Shown: positions 26,115-41,519 of the stretch, in pieces
How the letters are laid out: each line of letters starts with the position of its first letter
How positions within the stretch are numbered: position 1 is the first letter of the stretch
NCBI GenBank assembly: GCA_964016885.1
Contig: OZ024741.1
Location: 187,922,001-187,986,000, forward strand
Reading direction: 5' to 3'
DNA: 64,000 bases
DNA from: Eledone cirrhosa
Taxonomy: Eukaryota
Program-made: the position numbers and the translations under genes
Notes under the pieces: generated by a model
What the model was told of the DNA's origin: nothing
Database searches by the model: none
Seen by the model: only the letters and a program-made list of their open reading frames with translations

Positions 26115-26297
26115 GTATAAATATGTATGTATGTATGTATGTATGTACGTATGTATGTATGTATATGTATGTATGTATATGTATGTATGTATGTATGTAT
26201 GCACGCATGTATGTATGTACGTATGTATGTACGAATGTATGTATATATGTATGTATGTATGCACGCATGTATGTACGTATGTATGTACGAATGTATG

Positions 26298-26331
<34 letters not shown>

Positions 26332-26465
26332 TGTATGTATGTATGTATGTATGTACGTACGTAGGTATATCTGTATATATGTATGTATGAATGTATGTAT
26401 GTATGTATGTATGTATGTATGCATTTGTGTATGTACGTATGTATGTACGTACGTAGGTATATCTG

Positions 26466-26499
<34 letters not shown>

Positions 26500-26648
26500 T
26501 GTATGTATGTATGTATGTATGTACGTACGTAGGTATATCTGTATATATGTATGTATGAATGTATGTATGTATGTATGTATGCATTTGTGTATGTACGTAT
26601 GTATGTACGTATGTATGTATGTATGTATGTATGTATGTATGTATGTAT
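26115..26648. repeat. Complex (TATG)n array
   Basis: Recurrent variants GTACGTACGTAGGTATATCTGTATA and GCATTTGTG. Confidence 0.95.
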
Positions 26649-26850
26649 GTTCTTCTGGTTTTATAATTTCACAAAGTTTTACCAATAGAGAGAGAGTCGG
26701 TTTCTAACATAGACACAAGACTCTCTCATTGGAATTTACACAACATCAACTAGGTAGATTATGTATGTATGTCTGCATGCATGCATGTGTAGATATGGAT
26801 GTTATTGTATGTGTGGATGTGGATGTTTTGAGTTGTATGTGTGCATGTAT
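26649..26850 (-). mobile_element. 3' UTR fragment of a Dong/R4-like non-LTR element ending in (TACA)n
   Basis: Reverse-complement similarity to the 3' UTR at about 50290-50460. The same tip (AGAAGAACATACA) occurs at about 52315-52358. Confidence 0.65.
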
Positions 26851-26915
26851 GTATGTATGTATGTATGTATGTATGTATGTATGTATGTATATATGTATGT
26901 ACGTATGTATGTATA

Positions 26916-26946
<31 letters not shown>

Positions 26947-27135
26947 GTGTGTGTGTATATATATGTCTGTATGTATGTATAAATGTATGTATGTACGTAT
27001 GTATGTGCATATGTATGTACGTTTATGTATGTATGTACGAATGTATGTAGGGATGGATGAATGTATTATCAATATAATTTATATACACACATATTGACAC
27101 ACACATATTGACACACACAAACACACGCACGCACG

Positions 27136-27194
<59 letters not shown>

Positions 27195-27241
27195 ACCTAC
27201 ATAGAGCACTCTTTTTTCCTGGACCTTTCCGACGGAATTAC

Positions 27242-27582
<341 letters not shown>

Positions 27583-27599
27583 ATATGTATATAATATAT

Positions 27600-28186
27600 G
27601 TCAGGTGACCAGTTGGTGCTACTGGTAACATGTATCCCAGTACAACCTGTCTCATGGTCGGGTCGTTGGCGACTAAACTGGCAACCCCACCAAGGTTTCT
27701 TGGTGAGGAGGGTGACTTTCGACATCCTGCAGGACTAAAAACAAAACATGTCAAAAGGCAAAGGAGCTCTTAAGAGTCAATGGCCATCCAAAATCACTTG
27801 GAGAGATGACCCCTTACCCTTTGTCAAAGCAGAATTCTAGGAGAAGGAAAACTCTGATATAACACCTGCAACCCTGATGGTATCCAATGATGTTGACTTG
27901 TTCTTCTTTTTGGTAAATATCATCTTGGTTAAGAGAGTAGAGTGGGACTAGCTTTGTGCAGTGCCTTTGCTCACTATTAAAGCTTCACGAGATCTCTCTG
28001 CACTTGTCACATGTACCATGGGCCCAGCACTATGTGTCAGTAATTGTCACAAGTGTAGTGTTTGTACCAGAGTTTTCAAGTCGCTGGCTGGACTAAAAAG
28101 TCACACTCGTTCAGCGCATCGGTAGGGGTTCTCCTACATGGATATAAAGTAATGGCCGTACTCGAAAACGAGTTGGCAGCCACCAT
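27600..28186 (+). mobile_element. Short non-autonomous RTE-derived element, family B
   Basis: RTE-like 5' UTR (GGAGAAGGAAAACTCTGA) joined to a terminal C2H2 remnant CSVCTRVFKSLAGLKSHTRSAH (28054-28118). Ends CGAGTTGGCAGCCACCAT. Four copies in the window. Confidence 0.7.
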
Positions 28187-28269
28187 ATAATATATATATA
28201 TATAATATATATATATATAATATAATATATATATAAATAATATATATAATAATATATATATAATATAAT

Positions 28270-28374
28270 ATAATTGTTTCAACTTTTGGCACAAGGCCAG
28301 CAATTATTCCAGTGTATTACTGGTACTTTATTTTATCGAGCCCGTAAGGATGAAAGGCAAAGTTAACCTCGGCA
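28270..28374 (-). mobile_element. Truncated SINE A abutting a Neptune fragment
   Basis: 3' half of the SINE A consensus. Confidence 0.8.
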
Positions 28375-30557
<2,183 letters not shown>

Positions 30558-30661
30558 CATATATATATATTACATATATATGTATGAATTATATTATATA
30601 TATGTATATATATTATATATATGTATATATATTATATATATATTATATATATATATATACA

Positions 30662-30738
<77 letters not shown>

Positions 30739-30809
30739 TACATATATATATATATACACATATACATATATATATATATAATATGTATATATAATATGCA
30801 TATAATATG

Positions 30810-30843
<34 letters not shown>

Positions 30844-31037
30844 ATTATACACACACACACACACACATACATTATATTTTGAGAAGGGGGGGCTGCCACT
30901 TAAAATACAAAATAATAATAAACTTCAAAACAATCAATATTAGTAATACATATTATTTTGATTCAATAAACAGGATGAATCTTTCATTCAATGCGTGATT
31001 GGTATATTTATTACACATATATAAAACAATGTGTGTG

Positions 31038-31717
31038 TACATACATACATACATACATACATATATACATACATACATATATACATACATACATACACAA
31101 ATGCATACATACATACATACATACATACATACATACATACATACATACATACATACATACATACATACATACATACACACATACATACATTCATACATAC
31201 ATACATATATACAGATATACCTACGTACGTACATACATACATACATATATACATACATATATACATACATATATTCGTACATACATACGTGCATACATAC
31301 ATGCGTGCGTGCATACATACATACATACATACATACATACATACATACATACATACATACATACATACATACATACATACATACATACCTTCATACATAC
31401 ATATATACAGATATACCTACGTACGTACATACATACATACATATATACATACATACATACATTCGTACATACATACGTGCATACATACATACATGCGTGC
31501 ATACATACATACATACATACATACATACATACATACATACATACATACATACATACATACATACATACATACGTACGTACATACATACATACATACATAC
31601 ATATATACCTACATACGTGCATACGTACATACATACATACATACATACATACATACATACATACATACATACATACGTACATACATACATACATACATAC
31701 ATACATACATACATACA

Positions 31718-31751
<34 letters not shown>

Positions 31752-31917
31752 CAGATATACCTACGTACGTACATACATACATACATACATACATACATAC
31801 ATACATACATACATACATACATACATACATTCGTACATACATACGTGCATACATACATACATGCCTGCATACATACATACATACATACATACATACATAC
31901 ATACATACATACATACA

Positions 31918-31951
<34 letters not shown>

Positions 31952-32300
31952 CAGATATACCTACGTACATACATACATACATACATACATATATACATAC
32001 ATACATACATTCGTACATACATACGTGCATACATACATACATGCGTGCATACATACATACATACATACATACATACATACATACATACATACATACATGC
32101 GTGCATACATACATACATACATACATACATACATACATACATACATACATACATACATACATACATACATACATACATACATACATACATGTATACATAC
32201 ATACATACATACATACATACATACATACATACATACATACATACATACATACATACGTACGTACATACGTACATACATACATACAAACATACATACATAC
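31038..32300. repeat. Complex (TACA)n array with higher-order variant blocks
   Basis: TATATACAGATATACCTACGTAC recurs about every 180-350 bp. Confidence 0.95.
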
Positions 32301-32899
32301 AGCACTGTACACAATAATTTTTATGATTATTTATGCCTTTTTTCTTTTATACATACATACACAAACTTAAATCCAAACGTAGCTATATACACACAAAAAA
32401 TATATTCAGTTGACGCATACGAACTTCTATATATACAGCATTGCTACACACACAAACATAGTTATACGCACACAGACATCTCTACATATATAAACATTAC
32501 TTCACACACACATTACTGATACTTTACTTTAACACCGTGTAATATACACCTATTACTACAGATGTCATAATATGTTATATACGCATCAGTTGGTATTTAT
32601 ATCTGTTGAAGATTCTCATATATTAACGCTGACAAACTCCAGTCACTACATCTGTCGGACGTCACTGGTAAACTTTTAAAACAATGACGTCAGCAATGGC
32701 GGCTGCCGTTGTTCTATGGTGGACTGTAATGGAGTTATATATCAGAATGGACGTCTCTTAGAATGTTTCCTTATAAGGAATTTCTCAGTGCCTTCCATAT
32801 ATCTCCGGTCGGACAGGCAAAAGGTGTGTGATGTAGTAACGGTGGTAGGTTGAGTGGGGGGGGGGGTAGTAGTGGGGGGAGTGAAGTGTGGGTATGTAA

Positions 32900-35105
32900 C
32901 GTGTGTGGCATGGTGTGGTGTGTTTTACGAGCTAGGGTGTGGTGTGGTGTGGTGTGTGGGCTAGGGTGTGACTGGTACTGTGTGTAACACTAAAATCCCG
33001 GATCCCAGAAAACTAAATGTAGTTTGGATATGTGGTGTTGGTGTGGTGTTAGTGTGGTATGTGGTGTGGTGTGGTGTAGTGTGGTATGGCGTTGGTGTGG
33101 TGTTGGTGTGGTATGTGGTGTGGTGTGGTGTGATATGGTGTTGGTGTGGTGTTGGTGTGGTGTGTGGTGTGGTGTGATATGGTGTTGGTGTTGGTGTTAG
33201 TGTGGTATGTGGTGTGGTGTGGTGTGGTGTGATATGGTGTTGGTGTGGTGTTGGTGTGGTATGTGGTGTGGTGTGATATGGTGTTGGTGTGGTGTTGGTG
33301 TGGTATGTGGTGTGGTGATCTGCATTGTTTCCGAGTGCAGTGTGTAGAGTGGTGATGTGGACTGTATTGGGATGCAGTGTGTAGTACAATGTTAAATGTT
33401 AGTGCGCGGTGGTGTGTTGGTCTGGTGTTTTGATATAGCATGGTGTGGTGTGGTGTGGTGTGGTATGGTGTAGTGTGGTGTTGGTCTGGTGTTTTGATAT
33501 AGCATCTGGTGTGGTGTGGTGTGGTATGGTGTAGTGTGGTGTTGGTCTGGTGTTTTGATATAGTATCTGGTGTGGTGTGGTGTGGTGTAGTGTGGTGTTG
33601 GTTTTTTTATATAGTATCTGGTGTGTGGTTTGGTGTCGTGTCGTGTCGTGTCGTGTGGTGTAGTGTGGTGTTGGTCTGGTGTTTTGATATAGCATGGTGT
33701 GGTGTGGTGTGGTATGGTGTAGTGTGGTGTTGGTCTGGTGTTTTGATATAGTATCTGGAGTGTGGTGTGGTGTAGTGTAGTGTGGTGTTGGTCTGGTGTT
33801 TTGATATACCATGGTGTGGTGTGGTGTAGTGTAGTGTGGTGTTGGTCTGGTGTTTTGATATAGTATCTGGAGTGTGGTGTGGTGTGGTGTAGTGTAGTGT
33901 GGTGTTGGTCTGGTGTTTTGATATAGTATCTGGAGTGTGGTGTGGTGTGGTGTAGTGTAGTGTGGTGTTGGTCTGGTGTTTTGATATAGCATGGTGTGGT
34001 GTGGTATGGTGTAGTGTGGTGTTGGTCTGGTGTTTTGATATAGTATCTGGAGTGTGGTGTGGTGTGGTGTAGTGTAGAGTGGTGTTGGTCTGGTGTTTTG
34101 ATATAGCATGGTGTGGTGTGGTGTGGTGTGGTGTAGTGTGGTATTGGTCTGGTGTTTTGATATAGTATCTGGAGTGTGATGTGGTGTGGTGTAGTGTAGT
34201 GTGGTGTTGGTTTTTTGATATAGTATCTGGTGTGTTGTGCGGTGTCGTGTCGTGTCGTGTCGTGTCGTGTGGTATTGGTGTGCTGTTGGTGTGCTGTTGG
34301 TGTGCTGTTTTGTTATAGTACCTGGAGTGTGGCATAGTCTGGTGTAGTGTGGTGTAGTGTGGTGTGGTGTTGTGTGGTGTTGTGTGGTGTGGTGTAGGGT
34401 GGTGTTGGTGTGCTGTTTTGTTATAGTACCTGGAGTGTGGCATAGTCTGGTGTAGTGTGGTGTAGTGTGGTGTGGTGTGGTGTGGTGTTGTGTGGTGTGG
34501 TGTAGGGTGGTGTTGGTGTGCTGTTTTATTATAGTACCTGGAGTGTGGCATAGTCTGGTGTAGTGTGGTGTAGTGTGGTGTGGTGTAGTGTGGTGTAGGG
34601 TGGTGTTGTGTGGTGTGGTGTGGTGTAGGGTGGTGTTGTGTGGTGTAATGTGGTGTAGTGTGGTGTGGTGTAGTGTGGTGTAGGGTGGTGTTGTGTGGTG
34701 TAGTGTGGTGTAGTGTGGTGTGGTGTAGTGTGGTGTAGGGTGGTGTTGTGTGGTGTGGTGTGGTGTAGGGTGGTGTTGGTGTGCTGTTTTGTTATAGTAC
34801 CTGGAGTGTGGCATAGTCTGCTGTAGTGTGGTGTAGTGTGGTGTGTGTGGTGTGGTGTGGTGTGGTGTGGTGTGGTGTGGTGTGTGTGGCGTGGTGTGGC
34901 GTGGTGTGGTGTTGGTGTAGTGTGGTGTGGTGTGTGTGGTGTGGTGTGGTGTGGTGTGGTGTGGTGTGTGGTGTGGTGTGTGTGGTGAGCTGTGTGTGGT
35001 GTGGTGTGGTGTGGTGTGTGTGGCGTGGTGTAGTGTGGTGTGTGGTGTGTGTGGTGAGCTGTGTGTGGTGTGGTGTGGTGTGGTGTGTGTGGCGTGGTGT
35101 AGTGT
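32900..35105. repeat. (GTGTG/GTAGT)n pentamer satellite with higher-order units of about 55-125 bp
   Basis: Embedded motif TTGGTCTGGTGTTTTGATATAG (33417-34165) is replaced distally by TGCTGTTTTGTTATAGTACCTGGAGTGTGGCATAGTCTG. Confidence 0.92.
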
Positions 35106-35179
35106 TCGGGTGCAGTTAATAGTAAATTGTTAAATAGTATTGCAAGTTGTTGTTTTAGTGTGATATGTGGTGTGTAGTA

Positions 35180-35372
35180 TGTCAGGTCACTCTTGAGTGC
35201 TACCGGTAACATGTAAACCAGTACAACCTGTCGCATGGTCGGGTTGTTGGCGACTAAACCGGTAACCACACCAAGTTTACTTGGTGAGGAGGGTGATTTT
35301 GGACACCCGGCAGGACAAAAAACAAAACCTGACAAAGGGCGGAAAAAATCATGAGTCAACAGCCATCCAAAA
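35180..35372 (+). mobile_element. 5' fragment of RTE-derived family B
   Basis: Aligns by eye to 27600-27795. Confidence 0.75.
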
Positions 35373-35436
35373 ATGTGTAAATATGTATATACACATGTAG
35401 ATATGTATGTGTATGTATATGCGTGTGTATATGCCT

Positions 35437-36154
35437 GGGGTGTCAGGGAGGGGCATGTACCTCTGTAGGGAGGGCTAGCCATGCCCTTTTCAGGACAGCT
35501 CGTCCTGCATTGGGTCCCACCTGACACTCAGCTCTCACCTGTGGCCCCAAGAGCTGTAGCATGCGACAGCGGCCACACCCCTGTAAACCGCCTTGGCTGG
35601 CGGGCGAACCAGGTTGAGGGTAGCCGGACGTGTCTGAAATCCCCCGGTGAGTTAGATATGGGGTGCCTGCCCCTGCATGCGAAGACTGGACCCGATGGAG
35701 TGAGTGGAGGACAACATCGTCCCAACGGTCACAAAGGCGGCGACAGCAAGCAGTGTGGAGCGCTTGGGCACGGCAAGGCACTACGGATGTCGTGGCCATC
35801 CACTGCAGCCAAGGAAGTCCCTGGTCGTGACGGTCCTCCGTACCACCGGATTCTGGCTTCTGCGGCCGAGTGAGTGGGACCGTCACTGTGCACTGGCCCT
35901 CCCACTATAAACCTTTCCCACACAGGTTTCTTCTTTAGCGTGCAATCCCAAAGCCCTGCGGCGATGGGCGAGAGGTGGAGGTAACAGGTGGAGGTAACCT
36001 CTGGGATTTACCAGTCTGACTCCGGTCTCTTCCCCTGCCCCCACTGTCCCCGGACCTGCAAGTCGAGGATCGGCCTCCACAGCCACCTTCGTGCCCACGG
36101 TACAACAATAAAGAAGATGTTATCATCGTTTACGATGGACAACCAAGAAGAAGA
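35437..36154 (+). mobile_element. Short non-autonomous RTE (BovB-like) element, family A
   Basis: GC-rich RTE-type 5' UTR fused to CPHCPRTCKSRIGLHSHLRAH and a 3' end CGATGGACAACC(AAG)3. Confidence 0.8.
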
Positions 36155-36225
36155 GTATGGTACTGTATATAGTTTATGGTGCGGTGTAGTATAGTGTGTA
36201 GTGTTTAGACGTTGGTACTGTATGC

Positions 36226-36414
36226 CAGGCATGTCAAACATGGAGCCCCTTACAAACACACCTGTGGCCCGCACAAAGGTTTTTAGAGCGCGAGCGTAAT
36301 ATAAAATAAAAAATATTAGTTGTAATGTGCGTAATTAGTTGTCATGTGTGGCCCTCAGACAACACATATGTGACTTATGTGGGCCCTCTGGAGACCCTCA
36401 GTTTGACATGCCTT
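36226..36414. mobile_element. hAT MITE
   Basis: TIRs CAGGCATGTCAAAC / GTTTGACATGCCTT. Degenerate 8-bp TSD CTGTATGC / CTGGATGG. Confidence 0.75.
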
Positions 36415-36589
36415 CTGGATGGAATTGTGGTGTGGGAGGTGATGTGTTATGTGTAGTGTTGATGTGAGGTGTAGTAAGTGGTATGGTGCATCTTTTTAGA
36501 ATGGTATTGGCGTGGTGTATCGTATTGATGAAGTATGTACTGTTTGTTTGGTATGTAATGTGTTAAGTAGAAATTGTATCTAGACGTAT

Positions 36590-37135
36590 AGAGACGTCAT
36601 ATCTTCATAATACATACAGGAATCGCAAACACAAGGTTCTAAAAACCTTCGTTAAGTACAAACCACTCCCTCCCTACGGATAACTGACGCTGCACAGCAG
36701 GTCCGAACGCGGAAGAGCCGAACTCCCACTGTCAACGCCTCCATCTCTCTCGCCCTCCCCATCTCTCTGTATTATAAGCAAATGGGACCCCACGTGCTTT
36801 GCCGGCCCACGGCCCCGGCGGACAGAATGGAGAAGGCGTTTCCCCGGAGGATGGCAAGGGAGATGCGCTGGAAGAGCAATTCCATCTTGCGAGGCTCACA
36901 CCTGCGGCTGGCCAACTCAGCGCCTATGGTGGTAAGTAGGGAGGTAGCCCTAGGACGAAGGACACCAGAAGTCTCCACTGCTAGGGTCTCGACTGCAAAC
37001 CTATTGGAGAGTGACCGATACTTGGAGAGTTTTCCCTCCTCAGCCCGAAGTGCAGCAGAACCTGGGTTAGTCGCAGCCTGCACCAGGTTGCGGCTGGAGA
37101 AAGTGCCGCTGCAAATGGCACCCCAGACGAGGGGA
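36590..37135 (-). mobile_element. 3' fragment of a CRE-clade non-LTR retrotransposon (restriction-like endonuclease C-terminus)
   Basis: GSAALRAEEGKLSKY...AVETSG...LFQRISLAILRGNA is the typical CRE RLE tail. Confidence 0.82.
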
Positions 37136-37766
37136 TGTTACTGTATGAAATTGGTGGTGTGGTGCGTGCGTAATTTTGGTATGGTGTAGTATGTAATGGT
37201 TGTTTGTTGTGTAGTATTGTACTGTATATAGTTGGTGGTGTAGTGTGTAATGTTGGTTTATATTATAGTGTTCTATAGTATATGGTGTGGTTTGTGATGA
37301 TTAATATGTTGTTATGTGTAGCAGGTGTTGTGGTGTATAGTGTAGTGAGTAGTATATTGTAATGTGTGGTGGTGTGTAGTATGTTGCAGTGTTATGTAGT
37401 ATGATCTGTGTGTAGTAGAATGTTACGGGGTGCAGTGTGGAATGGAGTGTAGTATATTGTAGTGTGATATGTTGTTTAATGTGGTGTGTAATATGATGTG
37501 GTACGGTCAAGTGTCTAGTAAGCTGTAACGTGATGTGTGATGTAGTGTGCAGCATGTTATAATGTGACTTGATGTGGCGGGATCTTGTGTGCTATAGTGT
37601 AACAAGCGATGTAGCGAGGTGTGTAGTATGATGTGATGTGCTGGAGCGTGTAGTATATTGCTGTTGCGTTTTGAGGTGTGATATATAGTTTGGTGTCTTG
37701 TGTGTGATGTTAAAATTCTAAAATTTTAATTCAATTTGACTGAAATCTCATTAGTTTATAAAAGAT

Positions 37767-38122
37767 AATTGTTTCTACTTTTTGGCACAAGGCCAGCAAT
37801 TACCCAGCGCATTACTGGTACTTTATTTTATCGACCCCGTAAGGATGAAAGGCAAAGTTAACCTCGGCGGGATTTGAACTCAGAATGGCAAGGGCCGTAA
37901 CTCTATGCGTCAAAGCATGGTGTCCGACCCTCTACCGATACTGCCAATCCACCGATTAGTTTATAAAAGATAATATTCGTTAGCGTTTCAGAAAAATATC
38001 TTGTGGTGTTTTTTCCGACTCTTTCTGTTCTATGTTCAAATCCTGGTGAGGTAATTTTTGTCTTCCATCTTTCCATGATCAATAAAGTAAAATACCAGTA
38101 AAGTACCAATAAAGTACCAGTG
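37767..38122. mobile_element. SINE A (37767-37955 minus) plus an old plus-strand copy; a further partial copy at 38425-38545
   Basis: Matches the SINE A consensus. Confidence 0.85.
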
Positions 38123-38198
38123 AAGTGTGAAAGACGAAACGGATCTAAGTGGAGTTTGTGGTATTTACCTGTTATGGGAGAAAAACATTTTGAAGACT

Positions 38199-38366
38199 CA
38201 GTGCCGGATTTACCATTGTGCTTAGGTGTGCTTAGGTGGCCAGGATGAGGGCATTTTCCTAATGACTGCCTGTGTAGGCCTACCGGATCTGCCTCCTTCA
38301 GGGGCTAAGTAACGTGCCTCATAACTTAACTAGCACAGGGCCGCATTTGTCCTACATCCGACACTG
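38199..38366. mobile_element. hAT MITE
   Basis: TIRs CAGTGCCGGATTTA / TACATCCGACACTG. TSD TGAAGACT / TGAACACT. Confidence 0.75.
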
Positions 38367-39074
38367 TGAACACTAGATTCTCCTCTTGGGTTGATTATTA
38401 TATATATGGTGAATTCTGATGATGATAAATTTGCCTTTCATCCTCCATGGGTCGATAAAATAAAGTACCAGTTAAATTCTGTGGTCGATATAATCGGCTG
38501 TCTCCTTTTCTCGCCTTAATGGCCTTGTGCCAATGCTAGAAAGAATTATGTAAATGTTAAATCTCGCCTGACTCACATAATAATTGTAGGAACAGCGAAT
38601 AAAAATTAGTCATGAAAAGCTAGATATGGTTTGTGTTGCCAAAATCATTTAGTAAAGTCTACATATTTGGTATTAATTAGTTTAGCGTCCGGAGTAACGT
38701 ATTTTTATTGAATCATTATATAACTAAAGATTCCTTAAATATTTAAATAAAGAAATATTACGTATAAAACAAATATAAGTTGATAACGAATAACCTAACA
38801 GAGTAGGATCATGTTGCAAAATGATACAAGAACAAATCCACACACTCTGATCAAATAGATATGTAAAAATGCAAACAAAAAACGAAGACATATCGTATAC
38901 TACAAAAAGCAAATGTTCCCCGGTTACAGAATAGATAAATATGTCATCAGAAACTGATAAAGCTGAACACAACGTGTATCACATCTAACTTATAGTGAGA
39001 TCATATAACAAAAATACTGAAATAAAAAAGAAAACCACCTCATCAACACGAAATTCGACATAAGTACTATAGAT

Positions 39075-39382
39075 CAGTGGTCTCCAACTTTTTTTATACC
39101 AGTGACAGGCTTCATGCCGGACAATCTTTCCGCCGACCGGAAGTTGCACATATCTTATTTAAGTGCATTTCGATAAAGAGGGCAATAATAAAAAGAGAAA
39201 TTTATTAAAAGTAGATGAATATTGAATATTTAAACAAATCTTTTTAAAGGTTTTAAATTAAAAGTCCAATATTCAATTTATCTATTATATAATTTTAAAC
39301 AAGTTAATTATTTCTTTGTGGTCCAGTAGCAAATTATCCACAGACCTGTACCCGTCCGCAGCCTGGTGGTCGGGAACCTCTG
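39075..39382. mobile_element. hAT (Charlie-like) MITE
   Basis: TIRs CAGTGGTCTCCAAC / GTCGGGAACCTCTG. Perfect TSD CTATAGAT at 39067-39074 and 39383-39390. Confidence 0.85.
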
Positions 39383-39584
39383 CTATAGATAACCAACTGA
39401 AACAGAAGTTTATGTAAACATGGCTGATATTGCTACATCGGACACGCAAACGCAACACGCCCTCGTTCGTTGACCATTGAAACATATTACGCTATGAAAT
39501 TAGGCCGAAAAATATTAGTTGATAACACTGCTATCCTATAAAGAATTTCACATACAAAAAAAAAAAAAATGAGAAAAGTATCTA

Positions 39585-39828
39585 TGGGAGCTTTCTCCCG
39601 AAGCTCGGGGGCTAATGAGGTTGGTGTTTATATCGCCCCTGGACAGGACGTCATTTAATCGGAGGGTTAACACCGGCTACTGCTATTACTCATTTTCAGC
39701 TAAGTCTACTGGAGTAAAGTGAAATTAATTGTTTTGCACAAAATACAGTGCACAACTCGGCCCAGGAATCGAACCCGTAACATTATGATCGTTAGACCGA
39801 CATCCTAACCACTAGGCCACGCGGCTTC
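39585..39828 (-). mobile_element. SINE family B
   Basis: Minus strand has GTGGCCTAGTGG and GGTTCGATTCC boxes plus AAATGAGTA core. Confidence 0.8.
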
Positions 39829-39980
39829 ATACAGACAGCCATATACAAACAAAAATCTATGTGAAATTAACTGTAAAATCTAACAGGACATAACCGTTGA
39901 CTAATTAAAGAGTTTACCGGTAGAGCCATGATACTCTACGATGAAAGCATGCGAACAACACACCATCATTTACATCAATT

Positions 39981-40810
39981 GGGCGGTGGATTGACAGAAT
40001 CGGTAGAGCGTCAACATGTTTAGTGGCACAGAGTTACGGCCCTTTACTTTCTGAGTTCAAATTCTGCCGAGGTTAACTTTGTCTTTCATCCTTACGGGGT
40101 TGATAAAATAAAGTACCAGTAGTACACTGGGGTCGATTTAATCGACTTACCCTTTCACCAAAAGTGTTTGGCCTTGTGCCTAAATTAGAAACCCTTATTT
40201 ACATCATTCTAAGGGCGGTGGATTGGCAGTATCGGTAGAGGATCGGACGCCATGCTTTCCAGCATAGATACGTCCCTTTACGATCTGAGTTCAAATCCCG
40301 CCGAGGTTGACTTTGCCTTTCATCCTTACGGGGTCGATAAAATAAAGTACCAGTAATGCACTGGGTGATTGCTGGCCTTGTGCCTAACGTAGAAACCATT
40401 ATTTACATCATTCTATTCTGAAGGAAGCGCCGAAGTCTTAGAACATTAATGGACTAATTGATTTAGGAAGGCTACTGATCCATACTAAACATAAAATACT
40501 AAGAAAATATACGTATATACATGGACCCATACGGCGCTTGGGGGGGGGGGCATTTTATACCTGGTAGAGCTCATCCCTCTCCAGGTCTGAACACAGCCGA
40601 TTTCTTTCAGAGAAGCAGAGAGTGATAGAAAGGAAGTAAAAACGGGATATAGAGAAAAATCGACCCCATTGCCGAACTGGTAATTTATTTATCGATCCCG
40701 AAAGGATGAAAGGCAAAGTTTAGCCCGGTGTGATTTGAACTCACAGTGCAGACAGCCGTAACAAATACCGCAAAGCATTCTATCCAACGGTCTAACGAAT
40801 CTGCCAATTC
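39981..40810. mobile_element. SINE A cluster (39981-40198 plus; 40211-40402 plus; 40655-40810 minus, old)
   Basis: Matches the SINE A consensus. Confidence 0.88.
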
Positions 40811-40932
40811 AAAAGAATAAGTAAAATCTTTAATAAAAACGATTAATCTCGAACACCGTCGTGTATTTAACATAACATGTTTGAAATTAAAGCAAATCCT
40901 TATTCACACACACATGCACACATATATATATG

Positions 40933-41079
<147 letters not shown>

Positions 41080-41303
41080 ATGTACGTGCATATATGTATA
41101 TATATATATGTATATATGTATATATATATATATATATAAGTCTACATAAACATACAATGATACAATGGAAGGCACAGCTAAATGCTCAGTGAGTTAGAAA
41201 CCAATGATGTTAAGGAAACAATTAAAAGCTTTTTAAGAGGAACAAGGCAGAACGTTATGGTAGTAATTCTAGTTACACTCATAGACACAGACACACACAT
41301 ATA

Positions 41304-41355
<52 letters not shown>

Positions 41356-41377
41356 CATACACACACATATGTATGTG

Positions 41378-41419
<42 letters not shown>

Positions 41420-41451
41420 TATATAAATATGTGCATACACACACATATGTA

Positions 41452-41517
<66 letters not shown>

Positions 41518-41519
41518 TA

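Noticed and set aside
30991-32519. Long YIHT-repeat ORFs, and all YI, CV and HT repeat ORFs in the track
   Set aside because: Translations of (TACA)n, (TA)n and (CA)n microsatellites.
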